A stretch of DNA of 60,013 nt, counting the filler. It is 9 parts of 9 records of this genome, joined end to end, with 100 filler letters (N's around TTAATTAATTAA, not from the genome) between each part and the next. Parts side by side here need not be neighbours in the genome. Positions count along the whole stretch, not along the records: positions 1 to 8,441 come from SRR31147125_50572; positions 8,542 to 13,674 come from SRR31147125_50586; 7 more parts are not named here. One strand, 5' to 3'. The notes beneath the pieces were generated by a model. The model was not told where the DNA came from. It saw only the letters and a list, made by a program, of their open reading frames with translations, and made no database searches. The translations under genes were made by a program, and so were the position numbers. Within the stretch, counting starts at the first letter, position 1. Every line of letters starts with the position of its first letter. Shown here one piece after another: positions 1 to 9,904 of the stretch.

Positions 1-13
1 CATAGCAAAAGGT

Positions 14-1267
14 ATGACAGAACAATCTGTAGTTGAGCTTGCAAGGATGCTGTTCTTTCATTCCTCGGAAGTTGTCAGAGCCGCAGTCTACCAAGGAAAC
101 ACATGGCAATTGGCCAAAGCAAGCAAAAAGGGGTGGGAAGGAAAAGTCAGATTCACATCCAATATTCCTGTTGGATATTTAAATCGAATCTCGTTTCGGA
201 AGTTCTTTTCCTGGTTGCTTTTCGATAGAAATGTTGAAGAGAGTTTTACCTCTATTTTTGAGAACATAATCACAAGCTCTACAGCAAATGGTGTGCATGA
301 GCGTTGGACATTCGACTTCAAGCCACCGGAATTGACCTCATGTGAGATTTCGTGGTCTGGATTCACCGGTAGTGAGGCTGTTGGAGAAGGAAACCATTGC
401 TATATCCGGGAGATTAGATCTATAGCCGGAGTTCCTGCTCCACAAGTAATGACGGTTGATTTCTCTCATCCTGATGATACGCACTACTTTGCCAACGAGA
501 ACGAAACAAAAGAAGATGGTGATGGAGAAAATACTAAGACTATAGTCTCTCCGCATAGAATTGATCCATTTGTTACGCCCAATGCAAACCGAAGGCGCTA
601 TTTGCTTCACGTTAGCCCTTCAGGTCTCCATTTCGACGCTGAAATAGACTTGCGAAAAGAGTCGAGATCGATTCGGCAGTTACCCAATATAATGAGAACC
701 GATAGCCCCCCCAAGATGGAAGAGACTGTAGGTTTTTTAGAATCCAGTGATGATGGGACAATTCCTCGGGCTGATTTTGACAACCTTGATGAACCTGACT
801 ATCTGGACTCTTCCGAGAAGTTCTTCCTATTTCAGTCCATGCTTGAACGTCTCAGAGAATCTGAAGGATGGGATATCAGAATAGAATTTGGCAATGTCCC
901 TAGACAGCAATGTAGGTCTCTGCATCTCTTGGACAATCGCCCTCGTAAATACTTACATGCTTCTCTTCTTTTAGATGAATCGACAGAAATACAATGTTTG
1001 GAAATTGAATTAGCGAAGGGAGAATGCCTGTCGACTCTCTGCTATCGGTCTACAAAAGGAAGAGATGTACGAGTAGATATCCTGAAGGCACTGATGACGA
1101 ACGATACATCAAAAAAACAAAAAGCGATGCAATGGGATCGGTCAAAAAATGCTCACCTGACATCGTCTCGATACTATCTTGAGCATCCCGAGCAGAGAGT
1201 GTTGGCAGCGGGAGAGTCTTTAGACTCTTGGATTGAGAGAGCCGTTGACAAGTTTATGACTCTATAG
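14..1267 (+). CDS. tnsE: Tn7-family target selector TnsE (5'-truncated by contig edge)
   Basis: Collinear blocks match Tn7 TnsE as I recall it: ELARMLFF (ELARSLFL), SWLLFD..VEESFTSIF (VWLFSD..VMDSYESIF), NGVHERWTFDFKPP (NGVESWCFSFDPP), SLHLLDNRPR (RLHLCKDGSPR), HP...SWIERAV (HP...GWAERVV). Frame is open back to position 2. Confidence 0.85.
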   Translation: MTEQSVVELARMLFFHSSEVVRAAVYQGNTWQLAKASKKGWEGKVRFTSNIPVGYLNRISFRKFFSWLLFDRNVEESFTSIFENIITSSTANGVHERWTFDFKPPELTSCEISWSGFTGSEAVGEGNHCYIREIRSIAGVPAPQVMTVDFSHPDDTHYFANENETKEDGDGENTKTIVSPHRIDPFVTPNANRRRYLLHVSPSGLHFDAEIDLRKESRSIRQLPNIMRTDSPPKMEETVGFLESSDDGTIPRADFDNLDEPDYLDSSEKFFLFQSMLERLRESEGWDIRIEFGNVPRQQCRSLHLLDNRPRKYLHASLLLDESTEIQCLEIELAKGECLSTLCYRSTKGRDVRVDILKALMTNDTSKKQKAMQWDRSKNAHLTSSRYYLEHPEQRVLAAGESLDSWIERAVDKFMTL

Positions 1268-1290
1268 GATTGGATCAAAGGAAGCCGCTA

Positions 1291-1392
1291 TCTGGTGCAT
1301 TAACTACAGCTGCACTGATGATCATGACAGGAGAGAGTATTGAAGACGTTCTGGCTGACCTTGATACTTTCTGGAACGAGGGCATTAATCAG
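1291..1392 (+). pseudogene. C-terminal remnant of a sugar ABC substrate-binding protein
   Basis: Translates SGALTTAALMIMTGESIEDVLADLDTFWNEGINQ, aligning without gaps to the C-terminus of 3351..4622 (GGAFTSAAQTILTGGSVEEALEELDSFWDDGISQ). Confidence 0.85.
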
Positions 1393-1514
1393 CATTTTCC
1401 ATACTTGATGTATCAATTCTCTATCCAGAGTCGTCCTGTTGTATCGTAGCATATGCGAAGTGCGACTTTATCAGATGATTCTGATCTGGTTTGACGAATA
1501 CTCAGGAGTCTTAA

Positions 1515-2915
1515 ATGAGCAAAAAGAACATTATTGTTATCTTGACTGATCAGCTACGATCCCATGCTCTGGGTTGCTATGGGAATCAGGAAATAAAAAC
1601 TCCCCATATCGACAATCTGGCAGGTGAGGGGTTTCTCTTTGATCATATGGTCAGCAACTGCCCTGTCTGCATGCCGGCACGGTCAGCTCTATTATCAGGA
1701 CAATACACCCGGCGCTGTACGGGAAATCTTAATAACCATCATCTGCTGGATGAGAAGGGACGGTGGTACTTCCCGGATCCGCCGGAGCGCACTAGAACTC
1801 AGCTGCCTGACAAGACCTTACCTGAGTTGTTGAAAGAGAGTGGGTACTACAACAAGCTGATCGGGAAATGGCACATACACCCTGAGCCACGACTGGTTGA
1901 TTTCGATTCATGGTGCTACCCACTGGCTTATCATCGATATTACCAGCAGTGCTTCTTCGAAGACGATGCGGCGTATACGGTGGATCAGTTTGCCCCATTC
2001 TTTGAAGCTTACAAAGTCGAAGAGTTTCTGTCTGGATATAACCGTGATGACCCCTTCTTTCTGTTCTATAACATATCTTTACCCCACATGCCTCTTGGAC
2101 AGATTCCCGAAGAGTATGAGAATCTTTATGATCCCGAAGAATTGAGCCTCCGTGGTAATGTACGCTCCGGTGGCGAGGAGTTCGACAAGCAATGGTTGGA
2201 GAACTACATCCAGTTCTACTATCGCGACCAAAAAATACAGGTCTCTGATCGATTTACAAGAGATATGGATCTTCGGAGCGTTACAGCACTCTATCGTGCC
2301 TTTGTGACAATAACTGATGAACTGGTCGGCCGCCTCATGGAGAATCTGGATAAATCTGGATTCTCAGATGACACACTGGTACTGTTCACCAGTGATCATG
2401 GCGATATGCTCGGGTCCCATGGACTCTACAACAAGTCTCAGCTATACGATGAGGCCATTCGGGTACCTCTCATTCTGAACGGTCCCGGTATAGAACCGGG
2501 ACGAAATTCTAAGCAGGTCGGCCAGACAATTGATATACTCCCGACAATACTGGATCATTGCGGTCTCCCGGCTGCAGACCATTCTGATGGACAGTCTCTG
2601 GTTCCGGTAATCAAAGCAGATACAGATACACTTGAAGTGAATCATGCTTTTATCGAGTGTACCAACTACAAAATCGGTATCCGAACGCCTGAATATACCT
2701 ACGGTGTTCAAGTGGATCCTGAGTCTCTGAGTGTAGAAGATGATGCCCTTCAATTCTATGACTGTGAAAATGACCCTTTACAAGAGCGAAATTTGGCGAA
2801 AGATCCTCCGACGAATCTGTCTGGTGTTGCCTCAAAACTCAGGCAACAAGTGATCCGATGGCATAATGAGACACCGTGGTTGGAGAATCCCGACCGATAC
2901 TTAGGAATCGAATAG
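1515..2915 (+). CDS. Formylglycine-dependent (S1) sulfatase
   Basis: NIIVILTDQ, CMPAR (CxPxR), GKWH and SDHG motifs; RBS AGGAG. Confidence 0.95.
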   Translation: MSKKNIIVILTDQLRSHALGCYGNQEIKTPHIDNLAGEGFLFDHMVSNCPVCMPARSALLSGQYTRRCTGNLNNHHLLDEKGRWYFPDPPERTRTQLPDKTLPELLKESGYYNKLIGKWHIHPEPRLVDFDSWCYPLAYHRYYQQCFFEDDAAYTVDQFAPFFEAYKVEEFLSGYNRDDPFFLFYNISLPHMPLGQIPEEYENLYDPEELSLRGNVRSGGEEFDKQWLENYIQFYYRDQKIQVSDRFTRDMDLRSVTALYRAFVTITDELVGRLMENLDKSGFSDDTLVLFTSDHGDMLGSHGLYNKSQLYDEAIRVPLILNGPGIEPGRNSKQVGQTIDILPTILDHCGLPAADHSDGQSLVPVIKADTDTLEVNHAFIECTNYKIGIRTPEYTYGVQVDPESLSVEDDALQFYDCENDPLQERNLAKDPPTNLSGVASKLRQQVIRWHNETPWLENPDRYLGIE

Positions 2916-2916
2916 C

Positions 2917-2946
2917 ATGAATCCTCCCAATGTCATAGTGATCTGA
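2917..2946 (+). pseudogene. N-terminal stub of a second sulfatase
   Basis: ATG 1 nt after the sulfatase stop reads MNPPNVIVI*, the typical sulfatase PNVIVI start. Confidence 0.5.
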
Positions 2947-3022
2947 TCTCATTGTGTAGCCTGATATAGTCTTTGACATGCCCCTCCTTTATTCTACTTC
3001 TAATCAGTTTGCTCTTGATCAT
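2933..3022 (-). pseudogene. N-terminal stub of an L-rhamnose mutarotase-like gene
   Basis: RBS AAGGAG then MIKSKLIRSRIKEGHVKDYIRLHNEI; resembles the RhaM YxRxHxxIW motif, truncated before W. Confidence 0.45.
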
Positions 3023-3350
3023 TCGCGGTTCTCCTTTTAATGCCTTTTCAGGCTCATCATACTCAATTATCTGGAATATACAGATACTCGATCAGGATGT
3101 TCTATGCCGATAATCTGCAATGTCCATCTGATGCAAGATTGCAGCTTCATTTTACGGAGCCATCAACGAGATAAAGCTTTGACCTTGTTTCAATCAGTCA
3201 TCCCCTAAGAATGGGACCCAGAGATATATATCAGGATTGTCCATATTCTCTATTTGTTTGCTCCATTTTTCGCTGCTGAATCACATAGCAACATCATCGT
3301 GGGTGCTGGTCAGACGCAGGTTCTGAGATTAGCATTCAGAAGGAGTTTTC

Positions 3351-4622
3351 ATGAAAAAGCGGATAATTCTGATTTCGGTTTTGTTCCTGGCAGCGGCCTC
3401 ATTGATGGCCAATGGTGGTTCTGATGCTGCTGAGACGGACAAGGTCTCTATCGAACTGCAGACCTGGGTTACGCCAAATCTCACAGTAGAGTATTGGGAA
3501 GGCCTTGTAGCAGAGTTCAACAAAATGTACCCGGATGTAGAAGTTGTAATGAATCAGGCAACCACCGGTGATTCCAACGCTTCTGGTTATCTGAGGACCC
3601 GCCTTGCGGCTGGTGATATGCCGGATGTCATGACCAATTTCACAAGGGAACCGTTCATTGAAGCTGAAGCTTTGATGGCTCTGCCTATCGATGAAGAGGT
3701 AAAACGCCTCAAGAGCCTGAACGGCATGCTTGTTGACGGTAAACTGTATAACTATGACGCCATCGGCAATGTCCACGGTCTTATCTATTTCAATAAAACA
3801 ATGTTTGCCGAAGCCGGTATTGATTCTCTCCCGAAGACCTATGCCGACATGGATGAAGCCTGTGCTAAACTAGCAGCAGCCGGATTCGTTCCTTTCATGA
3901 TGGCTGGTGCTGACTGGGCTGCCGGTTTCAATCTGTCTATCTGGTCAGCTCCTGAAGTTTTCTATGAAAACCAAGTTTGGTATAAAGACAGAAATGAGGG
4001 AAAAGTATCTTTTGCAGAAGACTTCCTGAATCCTCTGACCCGCTTTAAGGAATATGTCGACAAAGGTTACATTTTCAAAGGTGCATTGGGTACCGACTAT
4101 ACCACAGGACAGCAGCTATTCCTTGATGGTGAAGCGGCTATGTATCCCATGGGTGCTTGGTTCTCTGGAGCTCCTGAAGCCATGACTGCAGGTTTCGAAG
4201 TTGGAGTATTTGCTCCGGTAACTGAAGACGGTGGTGCATACTTGGCCGCACCGGCAAACCGAAGTGGTTTTGCTGTAAGCGCCACTACAGAGTTCCCTAA
4301 TGAGTCTATAGCACTTGCGAAATTCCTCGGCTTAAGTCCCTATGCTGTCACTCTGCGGATGAAGACTGATGGTGGTTTCCCAGATATGGAGAATAGTGAA
4401 GATTATCAGTATGAGATGAATCCTATCCAGAAAGAGATTGCCATTCTTTATGATGCCGCTGAGGTGATCACTAACAACCTGAACCATCCCGTGGGCGCAG
4501 CACCGCCGGCAGGTATTGGAGGTGCATTCACTTCGGCTGCACAGACGATTCTGACCGGTGGAAGTGTTGAAGAAGCACTTGAAGAACTAGATTCATTCTG
4601 GGACGACGGTATCAGTCAGTAG
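3351..4622 (+). CDS. Sugar ABC transporter substrate-binding protein (CUT1)
   Basis: Signal peptide ending ANGGSD, AAGDMPDV, YFNKTMFAEAGI, FLDGEAAMY; followed by two permeases. Confidence 0.93.
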   Translation: MKKRIILISVLFLAAASLMANGGSDAAETDKVSIELQTWVTPNLTVEYWEGLVAEFNKMYPDVEVVMNQATTGDSNASGYLRTRLAAGDMPDVMTNFTREPFIEAEALMALPIDEEVKRLKSLNGMLVDGKLYNYDAIGNVHGLIYFNKTMFAEAGIDSLPKTYADMDEACAKLAAAGFVPFMMAGADWAAGFNLSIWSAPEVFYENQVWYKDRNEGKVSFAEDFLNPLTRFKEYVDKGYIFKGALGTDYTTGQQLFLDGEAAMYPMGAWFSGAPEAMTAGFEVGVFAPVTEDGGAYLAAPANRSGFAVSATTEFPNESIALAKFLGLSPYAVTLRMKTDGGFPDMENSEDYQYEMNPIQKEIAILYDAAEVITNNLNHPVGAAPPAGIGGAFTSAAQTILTGGSVEEALEELDSFWDDGISQ

Positions 4623-4645
4623 TCGGGACAGATCTATTTACAATC

Positions 4646-4689
4646 GTACAGCCGGATGCCGGACGATTCAGTCCCACATTCGGCTGTAC
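4646..4689 (+). other. Intercistronic stem-loop after the binding-protein gene
   Basis: GTACAGCCGGATG...CATTCGGCTGTAC, 13-bp stem with one G-U pair. Confidence 0.65.
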
Positions 4690-4706
4690 TTATGACAGGA
4701 GGGAGT

Positions 4707-5591
4707 GTGAACTTCTTGCGTAACAAAGGGAGCCTGATGAAGGCCGGTATGCTGACACCAGGTGTCGCCCTCTACCTGGTTTTCATGATCCTTCCCATCT
4801 TCTTATCGACCTACTATTCGTTTACCAATTGGAACGGATTTAACCCGAGTTGGGATATTGTTGGATTTCGAAACTATCTGAAATCATTCTCTGATTCCAA
4901 ATTTCTCTATTCATTACGATTTACTTTCGGGTATACGGTGGTTATCACCATTGTCAGTAATGTCATGGGTGTGACCTTCGCAGTGTTGCTGAACAGTAGT
5001 GGAAAGATAACGAACTTCTATCGTTCGGTCTTTTTTCTGCCGCTTCTTATCAGTCCTATAGCAGCTGGTTTTGTGTGGAAAGTCCTGTTCAACTATACCG
5101 GTATCATCAACTCCCAACTCGAAGCGTTATTCGGTATTCAACCGATTTTGTTTCTGGGTGATGCTATCTGGACGATACCAATTCTTGGATTCTTTCAGCT
5201 CTGGCAAAGTACAGGATTCTGTATGATTATCTATCTGGCAGGGCTACAGTCCATTTCGCATGACTTGTATGACTCTGCAGACATAGATGGAGCCGGATCA
5301 TGGAAAAAATTCATATATGTGACATTTCCTTCGCTTGCACCAGCAACCACATCCTGTGTCACCTTCATGTTTACTGCGGGGATGAGAGCATATCCACGTA
5401 TTCTGGTCCTTACTGCAGGTGGTCCGGCAGGAGCTACTGAGACTATTGCTTACCGGGTTGTCGACTTGGGTTTCGGCCAGAATAAATTAGGTCTCGCCTC
5501 GTCTCAGGCTGTCATTGCACTGGTTCTGACAGCCACCGTTTCTATCATACTCTCCCGAGTGCTCAGGAAGAGAGAGGAGTATCTCCATTGA
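4707..5591 (+). CDS. Carbohydrate ABC transporter permease
   Basis: TM helices and EAA loop (LYDSADIDGA); GTG start after AGGAGG. Confidence 0.93.
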   Translation: MNFLRNKGSLMKAGMLTPGVALYLVFMILPIFLSTYYSFTNWNGFNPSWDIVGFRNYLKSFSDSKFLYSLRFTFGYTVVITIVSNVMGVTFAVLLNSSGKITNFYRSVFFLPLLISPIAAGFVWKVLFNYTGIINSQLEALFGIQPILFLGDAIWTIPILGFFQLWQSTGFCMIIYLAGLQSISHDLYDSADIDGAGSWKKFIYVTFPSLAPATTSCVTFMFTAGMRAYPRILVLTAGGPAGATETIAYRVVDLGFGQNKLGLASSQAVIALVLTATVSIILSRVLRKREEYLH

Positions 5592-6421
5592 AAAAGACTA
5601 AAAAGGCCTTGTTGCACACCTCTTTGTCTGTAGCATCAGTTCTTTATCTAATCCCGATATATATTGCTCTGGTCAACGCTTTCAAACTTGAAGCTGACAT
5701 AATGAAGAATCCTCTGGCCATACCTTTCGGACGTCTCGCCTTCGGTAAGTTCCTGGAAAATGCCTTTCTTCCTTCATTCAACGTTATCAGTGCCTATATC
5801 ACAACCATTGCAATTGTGGTCGGTTCAGTGATCGGGATTATCCTATGCTCGGCAATGATGTCCTATATCATGTCCCGATACCCGAGAATGAAGTCTATTG
5901 GATTGATCAACGTTCTTCTGCTGGCAGGTTTGATTATTCCACCGCAGATCATTCTTCTTTCCATTGTTCAGATTCTCAGAGAGCTCGGGCTTATGTTCAC
6001 ATGGGCTGGTCTAATTGTCCGGAATATCGGATGGTATATTCCATTCAGTTGTTTCGTGTTTATTGGCTATATCAAGACCATCCCGAAGGAACTTGATGAG
6101 TCGGCCTTCATAGACGGAGCGAGTGTGTTCCGGATCTTTCGATCCATCGTTTTTCCTCTTCTTAAGCCCGCCAGTGCTTCTATCATTATCTTCTGCTTCT
6201 TATGGATCTGGAATGACTTCTTGAATCCTCAGGTCATCCTTGGCTCCACCGGAGGATATACTGTTACGACAGGTATATTCAGAGCAGTCGGTCAGTATAA
6301 TACCGACTGGAATCAGATCTTCTCTCTTGTGATCTGGGCCTCGTTCCCCGTACTACTGTTCTACTTGTTCATGCAGCGATATTTCATTTCCGGGCTGACT
6401 TCCGGATCTGTAAAGGGATGA
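5588..6421 (+). CDS. Carbohydrate ABC transporter permease
   Basis: ELDESAFIDGA EAA motif; ends QRYFISGLTSGSVKG. Confidence 0.95.
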   Translation: MKKTKKALLHTSLSVASVLYLIPIYIALVNAFKLEADIMKNPLAIPFGRLAFGKFLENAFLPSFNVISAYITTIAIVVGSVIGIILCSAMMSYIMSRYPRMKSIGLINVLLLAGLIIPPQIILLSIVQILRELGLMFTWAGLIVRNIGWYIPFSCFVFIGYIKTIPKELDESAFIDGASVFRIFRSIVFPLLKPASASIIIFCFLWIWNDFLNPQVILGSTGGYTVTTGIFRAVGQYNTDWNQIFSLVIWASFPVLLFYLFMQRYFISGLTSGSVKG

Positions 6422-6601
6422 TCAATTTCATGCCGGTGTAGAGCTGGCTTTTCTTTGTGATACCTCAATCAGTATTGTCCATGTCTCTCATTTTGTTTGT
6501 GCATAGCGAAATCAGACCTTGTCGGACATTCTGTTTTTGACGATGGGAGAACCCGTCCAGGGCTCCCCGTCAGACAACCGAATACCTGGAAGGTTTAAGA
6601 C

Positions 6602-7816
6602 ATGTATAAATACGACGCCATAGTCGCCGGTCATATCTGCTTCGATGTTATCCCCGGATTTCCTGATATGAACGGCGCAACCATTGCCGACATTCTGGCA
6701 CCGGGAAAGCTGATCAATATGAATAAGGTCCAGGTTTCAACCGGGGGACCGGTATCCAACACCGGTATTGCTCTTTCCATGTTGGGTATGAACACCGGCC
6801 TAATGGGTAAGATCGGCAACGATTATTTCGGACAGGGAGTACTGGACTTTCTGGAGAAGTATGGCGCCCGTGACGGCATGGTTGTCGCCGACGGTGTAGA
6901 GACTTCCTACACTGTCGTTATTGTTCCTCCGGGATACGACCGCATATTCCTTCATAATCCGGGTGCTAATGATTCGTTCGGCGCTGATGATATTGACTAC
7001 AACCTTGTGGCCCAGAGTCGTCTTTTCCATCTTGGATATCCGCCGCTGATGAAGCGAATGTACAGTGACGGCGGCAAAGAGCTGATTGAGATTTTCCGAC
7101 GGGTTAAAGAACTCGGCGTAACCACGTCACTGGATATGTCCATACCTGATGTGAAGTCGGATTCAGGTCAGGTCGATTGGGATGCTACGCTCCGGGAACT
7201 TCTTCCCTTTGTCGATATCTACCTACCCAGTGTTGAAGAGACAATGTTCATGATATGGCGCGAGGAGTTCGACAAGCTGAATGCCAATGCCGACGGACAC
7301 GATATGCTCTCGTCTCTGGATATTAATTCACTTCAGCTGATCGGTGAGAAGCTGCTTTCCTATGGAGCCGGGATTGTTGTACAGAAGTGCGGTGTGAAGG
7401 GCTATTACATACGCACCGCCGGCCGGGATGTTCTTGCCGGGATGGGACATGCCGCGGTCAGTGATCTGGAGAATTGGGCTGATCGGGAACTTCACGAAGA
7501 CAGCTTTCATGTCCCTGAAGTAGCCGCCGCAACGGGATCCGGAGACAGCAGTATCGCCGGTTTCTTGACATCGTTCCTACGTGGATTGAGTATCGAGGAA
7601 TCAATCAAAATCGCTTGTGCGGTCGGCGGGCAGAATGTCCAGGTCTTTGATGCTCTAAGCGGGATTCATTCCTGGGATGAAACGCTGGAGATGATCCCCA
7701 AATGGAACAAGAACCGCAAAGAAATTCCCGGCGATTACTGGGAGTACCACGAAAACCTCCAGGTATGGTCCGGAAAACAGGACAGTCGCCTTCGCAGGGT
7801 GGAGTCTACCGTATGA
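6602..7816 (+). CDS. PfkB-family carbohydrate kinase
   Basis: GGPVSNTG, GKIGNDYFG and ATGSGDSSIAGF signatures. Confidence 0.92.
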   Translation: MYKYDAIVAGHICFDVIPGFPDMNGATIADILAPGKLINMNKVQVSTGGPVSNTGIALSMLGMNTGLMGKIGNDYFGQGVLDFLEKYGARDGMVVADGVETSYTVVIVPPGYDRIFLHNPGANDSFGADDIDYNLVAQSRLFHLGYPPLMKRMYSDGGKELIEIFRRVKELGVTTSLDMSIPDVKSDSGQVDWDATLRELLPFVDIYLPSVEETMFMIWREEFDKLNANADGHDMLSSLDINSLQLIGEKLLSYGAGIVVQKCGVKGYYIRTAGRDVLAGMGHAAVSDLENWADRELHEDSFHVPEVAAATGSGDSSIAGFLTSFLRGLSIEESIKIACAVGGQNVQVFDALSGIHSWDETLEMIPKWNKNRKEIPGDYWEYHENLQVWSGKQDSRLRRVESTV

Positions 7817-8441
7817 GTCAAATCGGCTATGTGGTATCCCATACCCACTGGGACAGGGAGTGGCGGTACCCTATATGGCGTAATCGGCTTCTTCTCATCG
7901 AGTTCATGGAAACCCTCATGGCCACCCTCGAGGAAGATCCCGAATATGCAGCTTTCCTGACTGATGGCCAGTGCGTACTGATTGATGACTATCTGGAAAT
8001 CCATCCGGAGCATGAAGATCGTCTGGCGAAGCTAATTGCCGATGGCCGCATATCCATCGGGCCTTGGTACACACTGCCGGATCTATACCCGATCTCAGGT
8101 GAGAGTATCATCCGCAACCTGCTTACCGGAACCCGTAAAGCGGCTTCCTATGGACGTTGTCTGCAAGTGGGTTACAACTCCTTCGGTTGGGGGCAGACTG
8201 CTCAGTTCCCTCAAATCTATGCGGGATTCGGGATCGATTTCGTCATTGCAGCAAAAAATGTATCCAAAACAAGAGCACCTAAGAGTGAGTTTCTCTGGGA
8301 ATCTCCGGACGGGACTCGTATTCTGACGTCCAGGTTAGGTCAGCATAAGCGGGCCAATTTCTTCATGAATGCCTATGTACCCATCATGTACGGAAAATCG
8401 CTTGCCGACTCCAACGGTTTCCGTTTTGAGTGGGGGGCGAC
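7813..8441 (+). CDS. GH38 alpha-mannosidase (3'-truncated)
   Basis: SHTHWDREW, LTDGQ, IGPWYTLPD, EFLWESPDG; ATGA overlap with the kinase stop. Confidence 0.92.
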
Positions 8442-8541
8442 NNNNNNNNNNNNNNNNNNNNNNNNNNNNNNNNNNNNNNNNNNNNTTAATTAATTAANNN
8501 NNNNNNNNNNNNNNNNNNNNNNNNNNNNNNNNNNNNNNNNN
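8442..8541. other. Artificial contig spacer
   Basis: N44-TTAATTAATTAA-N44, giving stops in all six frames. Confidence 0.99.
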
Positions 8542-8562
8542 AAAAGAAAGTTAATCGTTTTT

Positions 8563-8856
8563 TTAAGGCAAACTTGCTATGATATTACGGTATTCCGCCT
8601 CTGGAAAGGCGCGAAGAGTTTCCGTGCGAATATTACCCGCCGAAGCAATCGAAAGAGCTAATTTAGCAACTGTTTCATCATCTGGAGCTTCAATAACAAC
8701 TACAGCATCGTATTGACCCGTTACAAGGTAGTACTCTTTCACCTCAGCACCCATTGCCTGAAATGCTTGTTTGGCTTTATCAAGTCGGTCAGGACCTTCT
8801 TTGATGTTTTCAATACCTTGTTGTGTCATGCGAAGCAGAGAAATATATGTAGCCAT
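8563..8856 (-). CDS. GYD domain protein
   Basis: MATYISLLRMTQQG...TGQYDAVV...GNIRTETLRAF; RBS AGGAGGTG. Confidence 0.9.
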   Translation of the reverse strand: MATYISLLRMTQQGIENIKEGPDRLDKAKQAFQAMGAEVKEYYLVTGQYDAVVVIEAPDDETVAKLALSIASAGNIRTETLRAFPEAEYRNIIASLP

Positions 8857-9744
8857 AATATCACCTCCTTTCATATTTTATCTATCCCTAATGCGTTCCC
8901 TAAAACGCCATTTCTGGGCAACAATGTCCAATTCACCATCGCCGGATTTTACTGGAATATGGTATTTGAATACGGTTCTACTAGTTATATTTTATAATCT
9001 CTGTAATTATCTATTGTAGTATAATCAAAATTATCAAGTGTGAATAGTACCTTTATTTATCCGTGGTTGGCGATACGTCAATTTTTTTATCGATAGGCAG
9101 CTCAATCGATAATTCAATCAGGCGTAGAGTTTGGACTTCTTCGGAAACGAGCTCGTTTGTCTTTTATATTCTATTGCGCCAGGATGACGTTTGTTGGGAA
9201 ACATAACACATCTGTTAAACTAACGATTTAACTTTCGTAAATATGGAGACTATTACAATTGGCGTGATTGCAAAACCGAGCCTGGTCGAGAACTCTTGGT
9301 TTGTATTGGTTATCGGAATATTCGCTTGTAAACGAATTAACGATACAATGCAAATGATAGGTATAAAAACAGCATGAGCTTGATTAGAATGTGGTAAAGC
9401 GTGGTTAGTTTACTGATGTAAATGAATATGATTCGGTGAGATATAAGAATTGAAAACAATATGACATTCTCGTAGTTTTTTGGTATCGATCTTGAATACA
9501 CTTATTTATTTTACCATTGTGTAATCCCCTTACTATATAGGCTAATGTCATAGTCCACTTAAAGTGCTGAATTCGTATTCCCAGAAAATAATCATCTTAC
9601 AAAGTAACATTGGAGCAGGTTCGACTATTCCTATTTAGTGTAGAAAAACATTTACTATGACGAATTCAACAAAAGCTAATAACAACGGTTTTTCGAAAAT
9701 AAAATCTAAATGCAGATGCACAGCCTGAAAGACCAACAATTAAA

Positions 9745-9846
9745 TCAACCGGCGCGAAACATTCTGGATGCCCTGATTCGTATCGAATTAATGCTTTAGA
9801 TAAAAACAATCAAACGAATTCTTCAGGCCGTTTCGCGCCCGGCTGA
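9745..9846. repeat. Long imperfect inverted repeat / stem-loop
   Basis: TCAACCGGCGCGAAAC pairs with GTTTCGCGCCCGGCTGA; nested CCTGA-TTCGT pairs with ACGAA..TCAGG. Confidence 0.6.
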
Positions 9847-9904
9847 ATATAGATCCTGGCGATTTTACATTGATAATCTTTTTTAAAATATGAATTCAAA
9901 AAAA

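Noticed and set aside
1268-1514. Tn7 end after tnsE
   Set aside because: No terminal TGT/ACA with repeated TnsB sites; the region is a binding-protein relic.
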